Below are positions 30,509 through 41,310 of a DNA stretch of 64,000 bases, piece after piece (within the stretch, counting starts at the first letter, position 1; every line of letters starts with the position of its first letter). Position numbers and translations under genes: made by a program. Source of the DNA: an uncultured Eubacteriales bacterium (GTDB lineage Bacteria; Acidobacteriota; Aminicenantia; Aminicenantales; Aminicenantaceae); NCBI GenBank assembly GCA_964538085.1, contig CAZIDF010000008.1, positions 80,466 through 144,465 of the forward strand. The letters are read 5' to 3'. The notes below the pieces were generated by a model that saw nothing but the letters and a program-made list of their open reading frames with translations, was not told where the DNA came from and searched no databases.

Positions 30509-32010
30509 TTTTTCCCTTTCAAACTGATCAATATGCCCCCACCTCCTAAAGTTAACATGATCAATGATTGAACGAAAGTTTTCCACTGGATCTGGTCGGC
30601 GAGGAAAACAGCTTGGATCAAGAAAAAGACCCCGGCGATGCCTATCACACTGTAAACACCCAGCATGATCCCCCAAGCCTTCCGGTTGGTTTTGGGCGTG
30701 TCTTCAGAGAGATAACGATCGTACAGCAGCATCCCGGCCAAACAAAAGATCCCCAGCCCGGCAAAGATAAGCCAAAAATGCCGGACTTGGCCCAGAACTT
30801 CTGGGGATAGTGGTGTGCCTGCGGCAACAGCCTCAGCAGTGGGTGCGATAGGAGCGAGCATTTTCTCATAAAGAACCGCCCCGAGGTTGCTGCCGATAAG
30901 GCTTCCGAGAACCCCGTACAGAAAGGCATACCCCATGTACACGGCCTTTTTATCCTGCGGGGCGACAAGACCGACATAACTGTAATACTTGGGATGAGCC
31001 GTCATCTCGCCTAAAGAAAAAACAGCGATCCCCAGAATAAACATCCAGGCACTGTGCGTGAAAGCCAAAACCACAAATCCCCCCAGTCCGACCACGATTC
31101 CCCCTGCCATCACAGGAAGGGCTTTCATGTTCTTGGTGATGCGGCTGACTAAAACGACAAAAAGAACGATGGTCCCGGCATTGATGATGGTGACAAACTC
31201 GGCATCGAATGTGAAGGGTTTTAATATCCAGATTTTCTGCATGAAGGCATCCACCGGCGCCCTATAGACGAAATCGCGCAGGTACCAGAGCACGGACCCG
31301 AACATCTGGAAGTAAAGGATCCAGAAGGTGGAGTAAACGATGATCAACAGCATAAAACGGGAATCGCTCAGCACCAGCATGGCCTCCTTCAGCACCTGCC
31401 GGATGGGCTTGGTACTGGTGGGCTTTTCCGGATCTTTGTACAGGAACACAGAGGGAATGAGCATCAGGAAACACCAGAAGGCCGAAGCAAAAAACACATA
31501 CCGCCAGCTGAATCCTTTGATCCAACTGATGAAAAACGGGGCGAGGAATGCGCCCAGATTGATGCTCCAGTAATAAACGCCGAATCCGAAACCGCTGGTC
31601 TCCTTGGTCGTGGTCCGGGCCACGGTTCCGGTGATGATGGGCTTGAACAACCCGCTGCCTGTGGCCATGATCAACAGGAACAAGAATATCAATCCGTAGG
31701 AGTCGAAATTTCCTGCCGCAAAATAACCGATCGTCAGCAGCGAAAAGGCAACAAGAAGGATCTTCCTGTATCCCAGGCGATCCCCCAAGGCACCCCCGAT
31801 GATGGGAACGATGTAGGTCAAGGCATACACGAATCCCTGCAGCAATCCCACTTCCTGCTGGCGGAAACCGAGAACATCCACAAGATAAACGGCCAGGACA
31901 GAATTCAACCCGTAATAAGCGCCTCTTTCGAAAAATTCCATCATGTTGGCTAGCCAGAACGTTCCCGGAAAGGATATCAGCATGCCTTTTTTCTTCGTTT
32001 CTTCTGTCAT
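30505..32010 (-). CDS. POT/PTR2-family proton-dependent di-/tripeptide transporter (MFS)
   Basis: [18 protein letters not shown] matches the POT ERFSYYG signature, with 12-14 TM helices. The start MTEETKKK is preceded by GGGAGA. Confidence 0.75.
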   Translation of the reverse strand: MTEETKKKGMLISFPGTFWLANMMEFFERGAYYGLNSVLAVYLVDVLGFRQQEVGLLQGFVYALTYIVPIIGGALGDRLGYRKILLVAFSLLTIGYFAAGNFDSYGLIFLFLLIMATGSGLFKPIITGTVARTTTKETSGFGFGVYYWSINLGAFLAPFFISWIKGFSWRYVFFASAFWCFLMLIPSVFLYKDPEKPTSTKPIRQVLKEAMLVLSDSRFMLLIIVYSTFWILYFQMFGSVLWYLRDFVYRAPVDAFMQKIWILKPFTFDAEFVTIINAGTIVLFVVLVSRITKNMKALPVMAGGIVVGLGGFVVLAFTHSAWMFILGIAVFSLGEMTAHPKYYSYVGLVAPQDKKAVYMGYAFLYGVLGSLIGSNLGAVLYEKMLAPIAPTAEAVAAGTPLSPEVLGQVRHFWLIFAGLGIFCLAGMLLYDRYLSEDTPKTNRKAWGIMLGVYSVIGIAGVFFLIQAVFLADQIQWKTFVQSLIMLTLGGGGILISLKGKK

Positions 32011-32023
32011 GGTTTCTCCCTCT

Positions 32024-33130
32024 CTACTCCCAATCACTCACCAGAGCTGCGATCAGGTCCGTGAGCGCTTCGAGATCCGCCCTGTGTATTTTTTCGATGA
32101 AGGAATGCGAGTATGTACCCGGCCAGGAGAGCGGGATGTTCACCGCTCCTTCCGGAACGAACATCGATCCGTCATTCCCTCCCCTTGTGTTCCCCAGTTG
32201 GATCGGGATCTTATGGGTTCTGGCGATGGCGATCACCTTTTTCAACTGCGCTTGTGGTGCGATATTGCTGGAATCGATGGCCCGGAGAACGGCCCCTTTT
32301 CCCAAAGGCAAATGGGCGAACCTCTTGGAATCGAACGGCCCTGCCGATGAGACAAAAGTATCCACAGGAAAAACATAATCAGCATCGAGCTTTTTGGCAA
32401 GCTCGGATGCACCAAAAAGGCCTGTTTCCTCCTGCACGTCCCAAGCAAACGTGATGGTTTTGTTATCGATCTTTGTCCAATCAACTCTTAGGGCCGTATC
32501 TAAAAGAGCTGCGCATCCTGCTCTATCGTCCACAGCGCGTGTTGCCAAAAGGTCTGGAGAAAGTTCGACGATTTTTTTCTTGATCGTGACCGAATCTCCT
32601 TTGGAAATTCCCAACGCCCTGGCTGCTTCTTGACTTGAAACGCCGAGATAAATATCGACCTCCTCTTCAGTAAAGGGGGAAAGCTCCAGATCGCGCTGAA
32701 AATAACCGGGTCGAGGTGCCACGATACCTTCGACCACTCCGCTGTTTGTGTGAACCTGGACAGCATGCCCTTCGTACATCTGGGGCAGGAATCCTCCCCG
32801 GCTTGACACCTTCAGCATGCCTTGAGCTGTAACTTCCTCGATGACAAATCCGAGCTCATCTGTGTGTGCAACAAAAACGAGGTGTGGTCTGCCTTTTCCG
32901 ACGGAAAACCAGAGATTGTGCATATCATCGACCTGGGCCTCGACTTCCCGAGGCAATCTGGACCTAATGAATTCGGCCACTTCGTTTTCATATCCTGAAA
33001 CCCCAGGGATCAAAACCAGTTCTTTGAGCATCTCCCAAGCAGAATCGGGTCGGTTCGATGTTTGAGAGAGCAAACTACTACCCAAAAGAATAGCCAGGCA
33101 GATCGTTAAAAGTGTGTTTCTTTTCATCAC
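32024..33130 (-). CDS. M42-family (FrvX/glutamyl aminopeptidase-like) peptidase with N-terminal signal peptide
   Basis: It has GYENEVAEFIRSRL...HLVFVAHTDELGFVI and the M42 fold length. The N-terminus MMKRNTLLTICLAILLGSSLLSQ is signal-like. Confidence 0.65.
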   Translation of the reverse strand: MMKRNTLLTICLAILLGSSLLSQTSNRPDSAWEMLKELVLIPGVSGYENEVAEFIRSRLPREVEAQVDDMHNLWFSVGKGRPHLVFVAHTDELGFVIEEVTAQGMLKVSSRGGFLPQMYEGHAVQVHTNSGVVEGIVAPRPGYFQRDLELSPFTEEEVDIYLGVSSQEAARALGISKGDSVTIKKKIVELSPDLLATRAVDDRAGCAALLDTALRVDWTKIDNKTITFAWDVQEETGLFGASELAKKLDADYVFPVDTFVSSAGPFDSKRFAHLPLGKGAVLRAIDSSNIAPQAQLKKVIAIARTHKIPIQLGNTRGGNDGSMFVPEGAVNIPLSWPGTYSHSFIEKIHRADLEALTDLIAALVSDWE

Positions 33131-34242
33131 ATCCTCCCCTCTTGCAACAGGGCAGAAAGCAAGGAATCTAGCGCCTCCATATCTCTGGCATCCACAATCT
33201 CGGAAGGCGTTTGTTCAAATTTCACGGGTAAAAAAAGTCCGATGACTTCCTTCTCTTCCGCTGAAAAAGGACTCAACACAGAGGAGCTGTAATCCGGAGC
33301 GACCTGGAGGGGAAGGCCCAATTCTCGAGCCAGGTCTTGAATTCTCTCCCCTATTCTTGTGATTTTGTCTTCAGAGTACACAAGCACCGGTCCATTTCCC
33401 ACAACCAGATTCCTATGTTCTTCCACATCACAAGGAAAAACATCGACGACGATAATGTTTTTAGCCTGGACCTCTTTGGATACACGTAGTGCTCCTAAAG
33501 CTGATCGGGGTCGGGACCGTCGCACAGGAAATTTTGTCTGGGCCATCCATACAAACGTGGCGATGGGATTTTTTGATACGGAAAAACTATTCGCTTGATC
33601 CAGAACGAGAGCCATGCAACATTTAAGACCCAAAGAATGACCCGACATCTTGCCGTCTGCCAGCATCGTGATCTCTCTCCAGGGAGTGACGGCATCCAGC
33701 ATCTCGATTCCTTTTTCCCGCGCTTCTGTCTCTGAATTCACTCCGACATCCAAAAAAGCCAGCTGCAAACCTGGATTCTCCTGAAAATCTTTCCTGACAT
33801 CAGAGGTAAGGATGTGCAGCGAGGGAAGAGCCAATACGCCTTCGATCGGTCCTTTATCGGTCCACACGATCATCGGATGCCCGAGGTGATAGGAATCGAT
33901 CAGAGAGGGCACATTAACGGCTTTGTCGATCCTCAAATATCCCTGCGAATTTATGCCACTGACAAAATAGCCTGCTTCATCCATCGGCGTACAGACAGCC
34001 AGCTGGGAGCCCTGATTTTCCGGTCCCCAATACAAACTTCCTAGGTTATCTCTCTTGATCTGAAAGCCCGAGGGCAGAATCCCTGTGATAACCTTAACGA
34101 TAGGTTCTTCATATCCTGTTGGACATGGGATGGGAAACAAGGTTTGTGCAAGTTTCAGGACAGAAGATTCTTCGGTATATGAAACTGCAACAGAAAACAC
34201 AACGAGAATACCGAAGGCAATAGAGATAAACCGTTTATCCAT
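33127..34242 (-). CDS. M42-family peptidase paralog with N-terminal signal peptide
   Basis: It is paralogous to the preceding gene (TGYEEPIVKVI..., similar length). The N-terminus is MDKRFISIAFGILVVFSVAVS. It overlaps its neighbour by 4 nt. Confidence 0.6.
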   Translation of the reverse strand: MDKRFISIAFGILVVFSVAVSYTEESSVLKLAQTLFPIPCPTGYEEPIVKVITGILPSGFQIKRDNLGSLYWGPENQGSQLAVCTPMDEAGYFVSGINSQGYLRIDKAVNVPSLIDSYHLGHPMIVWTDKGPIEGVLALPSLHILTSDVRKDFQENPGLQLAFLDVGVNSETEAREKGIEMLDAVTPWREITMLADGKMSGHSLGLKCCMALVLDQANSFSVSKNPIATFVWMAQTKFPVRRSRPRSALGALRVSKEVQAKNIIVVDVFPCDVEEHRNLVVGNGPVLVYSEDKITRIGERIQDLARELGLPLQVAPDYSSSVLSPFSAEEKEVIGLFLPVKFEQTPSEIVDARDMEALDSLLSALLQEGRM

Positions 34243-34400
34243 AATACCTCCTCGAACCTGGACGATTCATTGAATATACCCATACCAGCCCGCCCTGCCC
34301 AGCCTTAAGATACTCGACAGAATATTATCCTGATATTTTTACAAATGGCAACACAAACATTTTCGATCCTTAAGAGTTGTGGGGGAAATGTTTGGCTTGG

Positions 34401-34781
34401 CTACGCCTTCAATATCTTCAACGCTCTGTCTATATCTGAAACATCCATGATGACGGAAAATGTGTTGGCTTTCGAAGCAAGCGTTCCGTAACAATACTCG
34501 ATGTTAATACCTTTGTTTCCCAACAAAGCGGCCACATCGGCAAGAGCACCAGGTCTATTTTCTAGATCCACCCTCAAAACATCCCTTGTTTCTATCTCAT
34601 AATTGTAGTTTGCAAGGATTTTCATCGCTTTGTTGATTTTTTTCACATACAACTTGGCGGAGTCTTGAAAAAGCCCTATCGCCTCGATGTTGATATCGTT
34701 CTCAGAAAGACACCCACAAAGATCTCCCAGTGTTGAAGGTTTGTTTTCCAAAACAACGAATATTTCAGTGATTCTTTTCAT
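34401..34781 (-). CDS. tandem ACT-domain protein
   Basis: It is 126 aa with two repeats of the ACT-like pattern (IFVVLENKPSTLGDLCGCL...; LRVDLENRPGALADVAALL...). Confidence 0.65.
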   Translation of the reverse strand: MKRITEIFVVLENKPSTLGDLCGCLSENDINIEAIGLFQDSAKLYVKKINKAMKILANYNYEIETRDVLRVDLENRPGALADVAALLGNKGINIEYCYGTLASKANTFSVIMDVSDIDRALKILKA

Positions 34782-34804
34782 CTGTCCCCCTGTTTTTTTT
34801 AATT

Positions 34805-35797
34805 TTATTTTTTTCCTGAATAGGTTTTTATGAACTGGGAGCGAAAATAGGCCTGAGCCTCACCTAGATCCTTCAAGCTCAACTCCTGATTTTTAAACGA
34901 GAGCTCCCCGCGGAAACTTGCAAGATCGGGATATTTATGTTCTGCCATCCACGCTTCCAGCTCACCCAGAAGATTGGCGGTTTCCTCCAATCCTTTTTGA
35001 TAAAAAAGAGAACACACTTGAACAGCAGAGGCCCCGGCAAGTATTTGCTTGACCACGTCGCTGCCATCCTGAATTCCCCCTGATGAGGCCACATCACAAC
35101 CCACCCTCCCAGAAAGAATCCCCACCCAGCGCAAGCTCTGATGGAGAGAACCGGTTCCCTTCATGCTCTTTGTCCGCAGGTTGCGAACATCGATATCCGG
35201 GACCAGGAACCAATTGAATAAAACCACGGCATCACAACCCGCTTCGGCAAGCCTCTTTGTCAAATGAGGAAGAGCGGTGATCTGATGGGTGAGTTTCACA
35301 GCCACAGGAATGCTAATTTCCTTTTTCACTTTTTCCAAAATATCGAGGTGATATCTCTCATAGTCGGCCCCTGAGGAATCGAGATCGATCGGGAGGAAGT
35401 ATATGTTCAATTCCAATCCATCGGCTCCCGCATTCTGAAGTTGCCGGGCAAAACTTGGCCATAGCTTGTTCGATCGACAGTTGATGCTCGCAAAAATCGG
35501 GATGTCCACCTCTTTTTTTGCTTGTTCTATCATTTTGACAAGCTCCTGGGGAGCATATTCAAGGAGCCCACCGTGCCTCATGTAATCCAGAGCTTCCGGA
35601 TAAATATTGATTTCCTCTTCAGGAATTTCTTGTTCGACCTGGAATTGCTCCTCGAATATGGACTTCAGAACGACCGCACCCGCTCCTGAGTCTGCGCAGC
35701 GCTTTATTCCGGCTAAAGATTTGGTCAGTCCAGAGCTTCCGACAATGATCGGATTGCGGAGTTCCAATCCCATATAAGAGGTTTTTAAATCAATCAT
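34805..35797 (-). CDS. dihydroorotate dehydrogenase-family (class 1 PyrD-like) TIM-barrel flavoprotein
   Basis: It has the class-1 DHOD-like N-terminus LELRNPIIVGSSGLTKSLAGIKRCADSGAGAVVLKSI and is 330 aa. There is no adjacent pyrK. Confidence 0.55.
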   Translation of the reverse strand: MIDLKTSYMGLELRNPIIVGSSGLTKSLAGIKRCADSGAGAVVLKSIFEEQFQVEQEIPEEEINIYPEALDYMRHGGLLEYAPQELVKMIEQAKKEVDIPIFASINCRSNKLWPSFARQLQNAGADGLELNIYFLPIDLDSSGADYERYHLDILEKVKKEISIPVAVKLTHQITALPHLTKRLAEAGCDAVVLFNWFLVPDIDVRNLRTKSMKGTGSLHQSLRWVGILSGRVGCDVASSGGIQDGSDVVKQILAGASAVQVCSLFYQKGLEETANLLGELEAWMAEHKYPDLASFRGELSFKNQELSLKDLGEAQAYFRSQFIKTYSGKK

Positions 35798-35931
35798 CTA
35801 TCTCTCCATTCTGAATTATTGTAGCGTATACGCAGTATTCATGTACAGCTTCATGAGCCATTGCCTTGTCCCACCTTGAATGTAGGGTGGGGTGGGTCGG
35901 CTATGTCATTTTGCGATTTAATGCAAATACT

Positions 35932-37353
35932 CTACATGTCAAAGATTTTCCCTGGATTGAGGATATTGTTTGGATCGAAGGCTTTTTTTATTCCCTTCAT
36001 GAGGAGAATGGATTCTTCATCTATAACATAGGAAAGGTAGGTCTTTTTCACGATCCCGATCCCGTGTTCACCAGAAATCACGCCTCCCCTTTCTTTACAA
36101 TCCCGGTATAGCTCCTGTCGGACCTTTTCCAACTTGTGGCCCCAATCTAATTCAGGTAGAGGGATTATCTCGCCATCTTCGAATGCGGCTTTCATGATGT
36201 GCGTGTGCACATTCCCATCAGCAGCATGCCCAAAAGTCGGCAGCCAGATCCCGTATTTCCGGGAAACTTCTTGCACGCGTTTGACATGCAAGGCGATCTC
36301 AGCACGCGGAACTGAGATATCCAAGATTTCTAATGTGTGGGCTTTGATGGCTTCGTAAATTTTGCTGCGGATCTCGAGTACCTGCTGCTGTTTGCTCGGA
36401 CTGTCAGCAACAAAAACATCCAGAGCGTCGTTTTCCATACAAATGGCGGCAACCTGCTCGGATAACTTCTCCATCTGTTCAGCGCTCGATGCATCGAGGA
36501 TGATCAGCAGATAGGTGTTGCCCAGTGTGCTTGGCCATCTTTTGCTCAAGAATTTTTCCGTGATCTGGATGACATCCTTGGGAATAAACTCAACAGCTAA
36601 CGGCATTATTTTTTCTGCGATAAGTTTGGGCACGGTATCGATGGCCCGCTCCAGGTTATCGTATGGAATGATGAGAGAACGAGACATCTGGGCAGATGGC
36701 ATAAGCTGTATGATAGCTTTGGTGATTATTCCCAATGTTCCTTCCGAGCCGATCATCAAATTCAATAAATTATACCCTGTGCTGGATTTCATCAGCTTCC
36801 CACCGAAGTGGACAACGGCCCCGGAAGGCAGAACCACTTCCAATCCTCTCACATAGTTCCGGACGACACCGTATTTGACCGCCCTGGATCCTCCGGCATT
36901 GGTGGCAATCACACCGCCGATCATGGCGCTCTCATCTCCAGGATGTGGGGGGAAAAACAGTCCCTCCTCCTCGACTCGGGGATAAAAATCCATCAGCATA
37001 ACTCCAGATTCAACCACGACCATCTGATTAGGCTTGTCTATCTCGATGATCTTATTCATCCTCTCGAGTGAAAGAACGATGCCTGCATAGGCCGGGACAC
37101 ATCCTCCACACAACCCTGTTGCCCCTCCTCGAGGAGTGACCGGGATCTTATTTTCGTTAGCCAAACGAAGGATACGAGAAACCTCTTCTGTGGATTTGGG
37201 TTTGACCACGACATCCGGTTCCCGGGCTATATCCCTGAGCGAGAATTCATCATGGCCATAATCTCTCATCTTTTCCGGATCACGAATCACATATATTTTC
37301 CCGATTATATTTTCCAGTTCCTGCACGATCCTATCCGTCAAAGAATTGAACAT
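35932..37353 (-). CDS. FAD-linked oxidase (GlcD/D-lactate dehydrogenase family)
   Basis: It has the FAD-binding PCMH motifs IPVTPRGGATGLCGG and is 473 aa. Confidence 0.8.
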   Translation of the reverse strand: MFNSLTDRIVQELENIIGKIYVIRDPEKMRDYGHDEFSLRDIAREPDVVVKPKSTEEVSRILRLANENKIPVTPRGGATGLCGGCVPAYAGIVLSLERMNKIIEIDKPNQMVVVESGVMLMDFYPRVEEEGLFFPPHPGDESAMIGGVIATNAGGSRAVKYGVVRNYVRGLEVVLPSGAVVHFGGKLMKSSTGYNLLNLMIGSEGTLGIITKAIIQLMPSAQMSRSLIIPYDNLERAIDTVPKLIAEKIMPLAVEFIPKDVIQITEKFLSKRWPSTLGNTYLLIILDASSAEQMEKLSEQVAAICMENDALDVFVADSPSKQQQVLEIRSKIYEAIKAHTLEILDISVPRAEIALHVKRVQEVSRKYGIWLPTFGHAADGNVHTHIMKAAFEDGEIIPLPELDWGHKLEKVRQELYRDCKERGGVISGEHGIGIVKKTYLSYVIDEESILLMKGIKKAFDPNNILNPGKIFDM

Positions 37354-37355
37354 GA

Positions 37356-38534
37356 TTATTCACCTATAAGCCCGGTTTTTTTTCTTCGTCCTTTTTGAAA
37401 CGCAATGATGATCAACGGAGGGGTGACGATCGTCGTTAGAAGAGACATACCCAACACCACAGTATACACCTCTTGTGTGATCGATTTGAGAGAAAGACCG
37501 ATCAGAGCGACGATAATGCCCACTTCTCCCCGTGGAATCATGCAAACGCCGGTTTGAATCCTCGTACGCCAATCCTCCTTCCAGCAAGCCAATGCTGCTC
37601 CGATCATCTTGCTCACTACAGCAACCGCTGATATGGTAAGAACCAATAGGACTAAACGGAGATCGAGAAAGGTCCGGGGATCGAGGTGCGCTCCCATCAT
37701 AACAAAAAAGAAAGGGAGTAAAAATTCATTGACGTATTTGACTTTATTCTCCAAATCATACACCCCCGCCATCTCGTCGATCACGACCCCAGCCATAAAA
37801 GAACCGATGATGGCAGCCAATCCGATTACATCGGCCAGCTCTGCCAGCCCCAAACAGAGAATAACGGATAAAACGAAGGGACCTTCTGGGATGTTTAATT
37901 TTTCCACCCATTTTCGCGTTCGTTTTGCCACTTTCGGTCCCCACCACGTGAGGAATCCGACAAAAGCGATGGACTCCAAGACCAATAGGGAAATTTCTAT
38001 GACATGGAATTCCTGGCGCGCAAGTCCCTTCACGATAGCGAGCACGATCAAGGCAAGGATGTCATCAAGCACTGCAGCGCCCAAAACGATGTAGGCCACC
38101 TTGTGTTTGATCAATCCCATATCTTGAAGAACCTTGACCGATATACCCACACTGGTGGCCAATATGGCCGTCGCGATAAAGAGGCTCTCGACAAAAGGGA
38201 AACCCAGCCAAAAAACGGTTAGGAAGCCCATGACAAGCGGAAAAAGAACACCCAGCAATCCCACAAAAACAGCGGTACGACCCACGGCAAACAGGTCCTT
38301 GACCCGGATCTCCAGTCCGACATGAAACAACAGAAAAATAACCCCGATTTCAGCAAAGGACATCAAAACATGATTTTCCGTACTGATGATCCCCAGAACA
38401 TAGTTCCCCAGCACTATACCGGCCATCAACTCTCCGACGATGGCAGGCATTCGGAGGCGAATGAACAATTCCCCCAGTATTTTGGCCGAAGTAAAAATGA
38501 TGAAAAAATAAAAAAGGAGATTGCCTTCTTCCAT
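37356..38534 (-). CDS. cation:proton antiporter (CPA family Na+/H+ exchanger-like)
   Basis: It is 392 aa with about 12 TM helices. The N-terminus LFYFFIIFTSAKILGELFIRLRMPAIVGELMAGIVLG is typical of the family. Confidence 0.8.
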   Translation of the reverse strand: MEEGNLLFYFFIIFTSAKILGELFIRLRMPAIVGELMAGIVLGNYVLGIISTENHVLMSFAEIGVIFLLFHVGLEIRVKDLFAVGRTAVFVGLLGVLFPLVMGFLTVFWLGFPFVESLFIATAILATSVGISVKVLQDMGLIKHKVAYIVLGAAVLDDILALIVLAIVKGLARQEFHVIEISLLVLESIAFVGFLTWWGPKVAKRTRKWVEKLNIPEGPFVLSVILCLGLAELADVIGLAAIIGSFMAGVVIDEMAGVYDLENKVKYVNEFLLPFFFVMMGAHLDPRTFLDLRLVLLVLTISAVAVVSKMIGAALACWKEDWRTRIQTGVCMIPRGEVGIIVALIGLSLKSITQEVYTVVLGMSLLTTIVTPPLIIIAFQKGRRKKTGLIGE

Positions 38535-38544
38535 CTTTACAGAT

Positions 38545-39336
38545 TTATTTTTTAAACCAAGTGAGACTTTCTGTCAAATTCCTTTTTTTTGGGACCCTCC
38601 CTTTTTGAACTCCAATCTGGCTGGGGAAAAAGAGCATGATCTGGGGTTGTCCTCTGTATTCCTCCAAGAATCCGGAGACCTGGATTGTTTTTCCTTCCAT
38701 CCCTCGAGGATCCTGGAATAATGGAAGATATTCATCCTGTATGACCGCAGCGAAATCTCCGGTTTTGGTTTGGAGAAAGAGCAAGCGCCCACTTTCTCTG
38801 ACGCGGGCGCAGAAAAAACTCACCTGTACAAGCTCCCCGATGTGCTCCTGGACCTGCGGCATTGCGACTGACGGATAAGGTTTGTCATACCAGAATCCTC
38901 TCCCCTCCTCCTGGGCCTCTTTTTGTGCCTGGATGAATTTTCTCTTCACGGCATATGGAAATTTGAGATAGACACGGGCAAATCCTTGTTCCAGAATGAA
39001 CTGGTTGAAAAGCCCGCTATCTTTCCAAACATAGGCTAAGAGTCTCCCATACCTGTCTTCCAGTTCGCGTTCATATGTCAGTTCTACTCGTTGCCGGAAA
39101 AGATGGTGGAAAGTGAACCGCTTGGCCAACAATGCCTCCAAGGGTGTCTCTTTAGGTGTTTCCCCGATCTCCGGGGTGTCGATCCCGATCAGCCGGACCC
39201 GCCGCTCCGCTCCGCTATCGAACCTCACCTTGACGGTGTCCCCATCATAAACGACAACCACAGTTCCTTGGCTGGCCGGACGGATCTGTGCGGCTAAAAG
39301 ATCGATGAACAAAAGAAAAATCAGCGCTTTTTTCAT
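38545..39336 (-). CDS. secreted thermonuclease (SNase-like) family protein with C-terminal extension
   Basis: There is a signal peptide. The SNase motifs are VVYDGDTVKV...RVRLIGIDTPE...YGRLLAYVW. Confidence 0.65.
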   Translation of the reverse strand: MKKALIFLLFIDLLAAQIRPASQGTVVVVYDGDTVKVRFDSGAERRVRLIGIDTPEIGETPKETPLEALLAKRFTFHHLFRQRVELTYERELEDRYGRLLAYVWKDSGLFNQFILEQGFARVYLKFPYAVKRKFIQAQKEAQEEGRGFWYDKPYPSVAMPQVQEHIGELVQVSFFCARVRESGRLLFLQTKTGDFAAVIQDEYLPLFQDPRGMEGKTIQVSGFLEEYRGQPQIMLFFPSQIGVQKGRVPKKRNLTESLTWFKK

Positions 39337-39363
39337 CTTTCGATAGAAGATAAGAAGAATAAG

Positions 39364-41193
39364 CTACTTCTTTTTGATGATTTGCTTCACAGCCTGTTTT
39401 ATATGCTCGGCAGAAATGCCATACTTTTCCAGCAATTCATGGGGTTCGCCAGAACGGGGAAGTTCATCGACAGCCAGATGCAGGATATCCGCCTCGCCGG
39501 CGAGCAGAGAAGCGAGGGCGTCTCCAAGGCCGCCGCTCCGGAAATGATCCTCCACGACCACGACCTTGTTTCCTGCTTTGGCGATCTCTGTTCGAATCTT
39601 GAGATCCAAAGGCTGGACAGAGTAGGCATCGATCACGCGAATAGGAATATTATCCTTCTTGAGATCTTCATAAGCCTTCAGAGCTTCATGAATGGTTATG
39701 CCGGCAGCTACCACAGCGACTTTGTCTTTTTGGCTCTTTTTCAAGACCTTCGAGCCCCCGATAGGGAAAGCCTCTCCCTTCTTGTAAAGGATAGGTGTCG
39801 CTGGACGGGAGGTCCTGAGATACGCCAATCCTCTGTATTTGGTCATGGCTTCGACACACCCTTCTGTGGAATATGCGTCGCTGGGATAAAGCACAGCACA
39901 TCCTGGAATCGGGCGAAACAGAGCGAGATCCTCCAGGCCCATCTGGGAAGGCCCGTCAGCCCCGATGCTCACCCCGACGTGAGAACCGACCAATTTCATG
40001 TTGGAAAAGGAATAGCCGGCCATCCTTATCTGGTCATGAGCCCGGCACAAAAACGCCGCAAAGGTGGCAAGAAACGGGAGATACCCCCTTGCGGCCATCC
40101 CGATCCCGATCCCCACCATGTTCTGCTCGGCTATAAACACATCGAAAGATCTTTTGGGATAAGCGGCGAAAAAAGAATCGGCATACGTGGAATTTTTCAC
40201 ATCTCCATCGATGCATACTACCGAATCGTTGACTTTTCCCAGGCTGACAAGGGCATTGCCATAGGCACGTCGAGTGGCCGTCTCCTTGCTGTATGTGTTT
40301 TTCGCGAATCGAAAACCCCTTTTTAATTGGGGTTTTTTCAGTTTGTTCGGCTTTCTCACATATTTTTTTGCATCGATCTCCGGCATCGGCCCGAGCTCAT
40401 CGAGCGCTCGCTGGAGATCTTCCCGATTCAAGGGCTTGCCATGCCATCCATTTCTGTCTTCTAAAAATGAAACTCCTTTGCCCTTTATGGTCTTTGCGAC
40501 GATCGCCGTGGGCTTTTTGGACTGTTTGGCTTTTTTCAAAGCGGATAGAATCTGGGGAATGTTATGGCCATCGATCTGGATAGCATTCCAGCCAAAGGCC
40601 TTGAATTTTCTTTCATAAGCATCCAGATCGTATTCATGCATGGTCACACCGGACTGACCGAGCCTGTTGATATCCAAAATCGCACAGAGGTTATCGAGAC
40701 CAGCCAGAGCGGCTTGGTTCGCTGCTTCCCAGACAGCTCCTTCAGCACATTCCCCGTCTCCCAACACGACATAAACCCGTCTGGGGCATTTTCCGAGCTT
40801 CATCGCCAAGGCCAATCCCACCCCGACAGAAAGCCCTTGTCCGAGAGAACCGGTCGCTGCTTTAACCCATTTCATACGCGGTGTCGGGTGTCCTTCCAAT
40901 GTGGACGTGATCTTCCGAAGATTCATAAGGCTTTTTTGCGAAATGATACCGGCTTCGGCATAAGCTGCCCATAGGAGGGGAGCCGCATGGCCTTTGGATA
41001 AAACGAACTCGTCGTTGGACCAATCAAAAGGATCATGGATGTTGTACCTCATTTCATCGAAGAATAAACAGGCAGCCAGTTCTGCCATGGACGAACAAGT
41101 GGTCGGGTGCCCGGATCCTGCTTTGGTGGTCATTTTGAATGAGTGGATCCTTAACCTCTGAGCAATCTTTTCCAGGGCCTTTTTTTTGTCCAT
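39364..41193 (-). CDS. tkt: transketolase (N- and C-terminal sections fused in one 609-aa protein)
   Basis: The TPP-binding motif is SGHPTTCSSMAELAACLF and GDGECAEG is present. Pyr and C-terminal domains are also present. Confidence 0.75.
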   Translation of the reverse strand: MDKKKALEKIAQRLRIHSFKMTTKAGSGHPTTCSSMAELAACLFFDEMRYNIHDPFDWSNDEFVLSKGHAAPLLWAAYAEAGIISQKSLMNLRKITSTLEGHPTPRMKWVKAATGSLGQGLSVGVGLALAMKLGKCPRRVYVVLGDGECAEGAVWEAANQAALAGLDNLCAILDINRLGQSGVTMHEYDLDAYERKFKAFGWNAIQIDGHNIPQILSALKKAKQSKKPTAIVAKTIKGKGVSFLEDRNGWHGKPLNREDLQRALDELGPMPEIDAKKYVRKPNKLKKPQLKRGFRFAKNTYSKETATRRAYGNALVSLGKVNDSVVCIDGDVKNSTYADSFFAAYPKRSFDVFIAEQNMVGIGIGMAARGYLPFLATFAAFLCRAHDQIRMAGYSFSNMKLVGSHVGVSIGADGPSQMGLEDLALFRPIPGCAVLYPSDAYSTEGCVEAMTKYRGLAYLRTSRPATPILYKKGEAFPIGGSKVLKKSQKDKVAVVAAGITIHEALKAYEDLKKDNIPIRVIDAYSVQPLDLKIRTEIAKAGNKVVVVEDHFRSGGLGDALASLLAGEADILHLAVDELPRSGEPHELLEKYGISAEHIKQAVKQIIKKK

Positions 41194-41310
41194 AAGGGGA
41201 AAGCCTCCTTTTTGGATTTTTTATTCAGGGCATTTCAGGCGCATTATAGTATCATCTCTTCGATTTAACAACCCTTATTGTTTTTAAACGATTATTTCAT
41301 TTTTTCTAGG

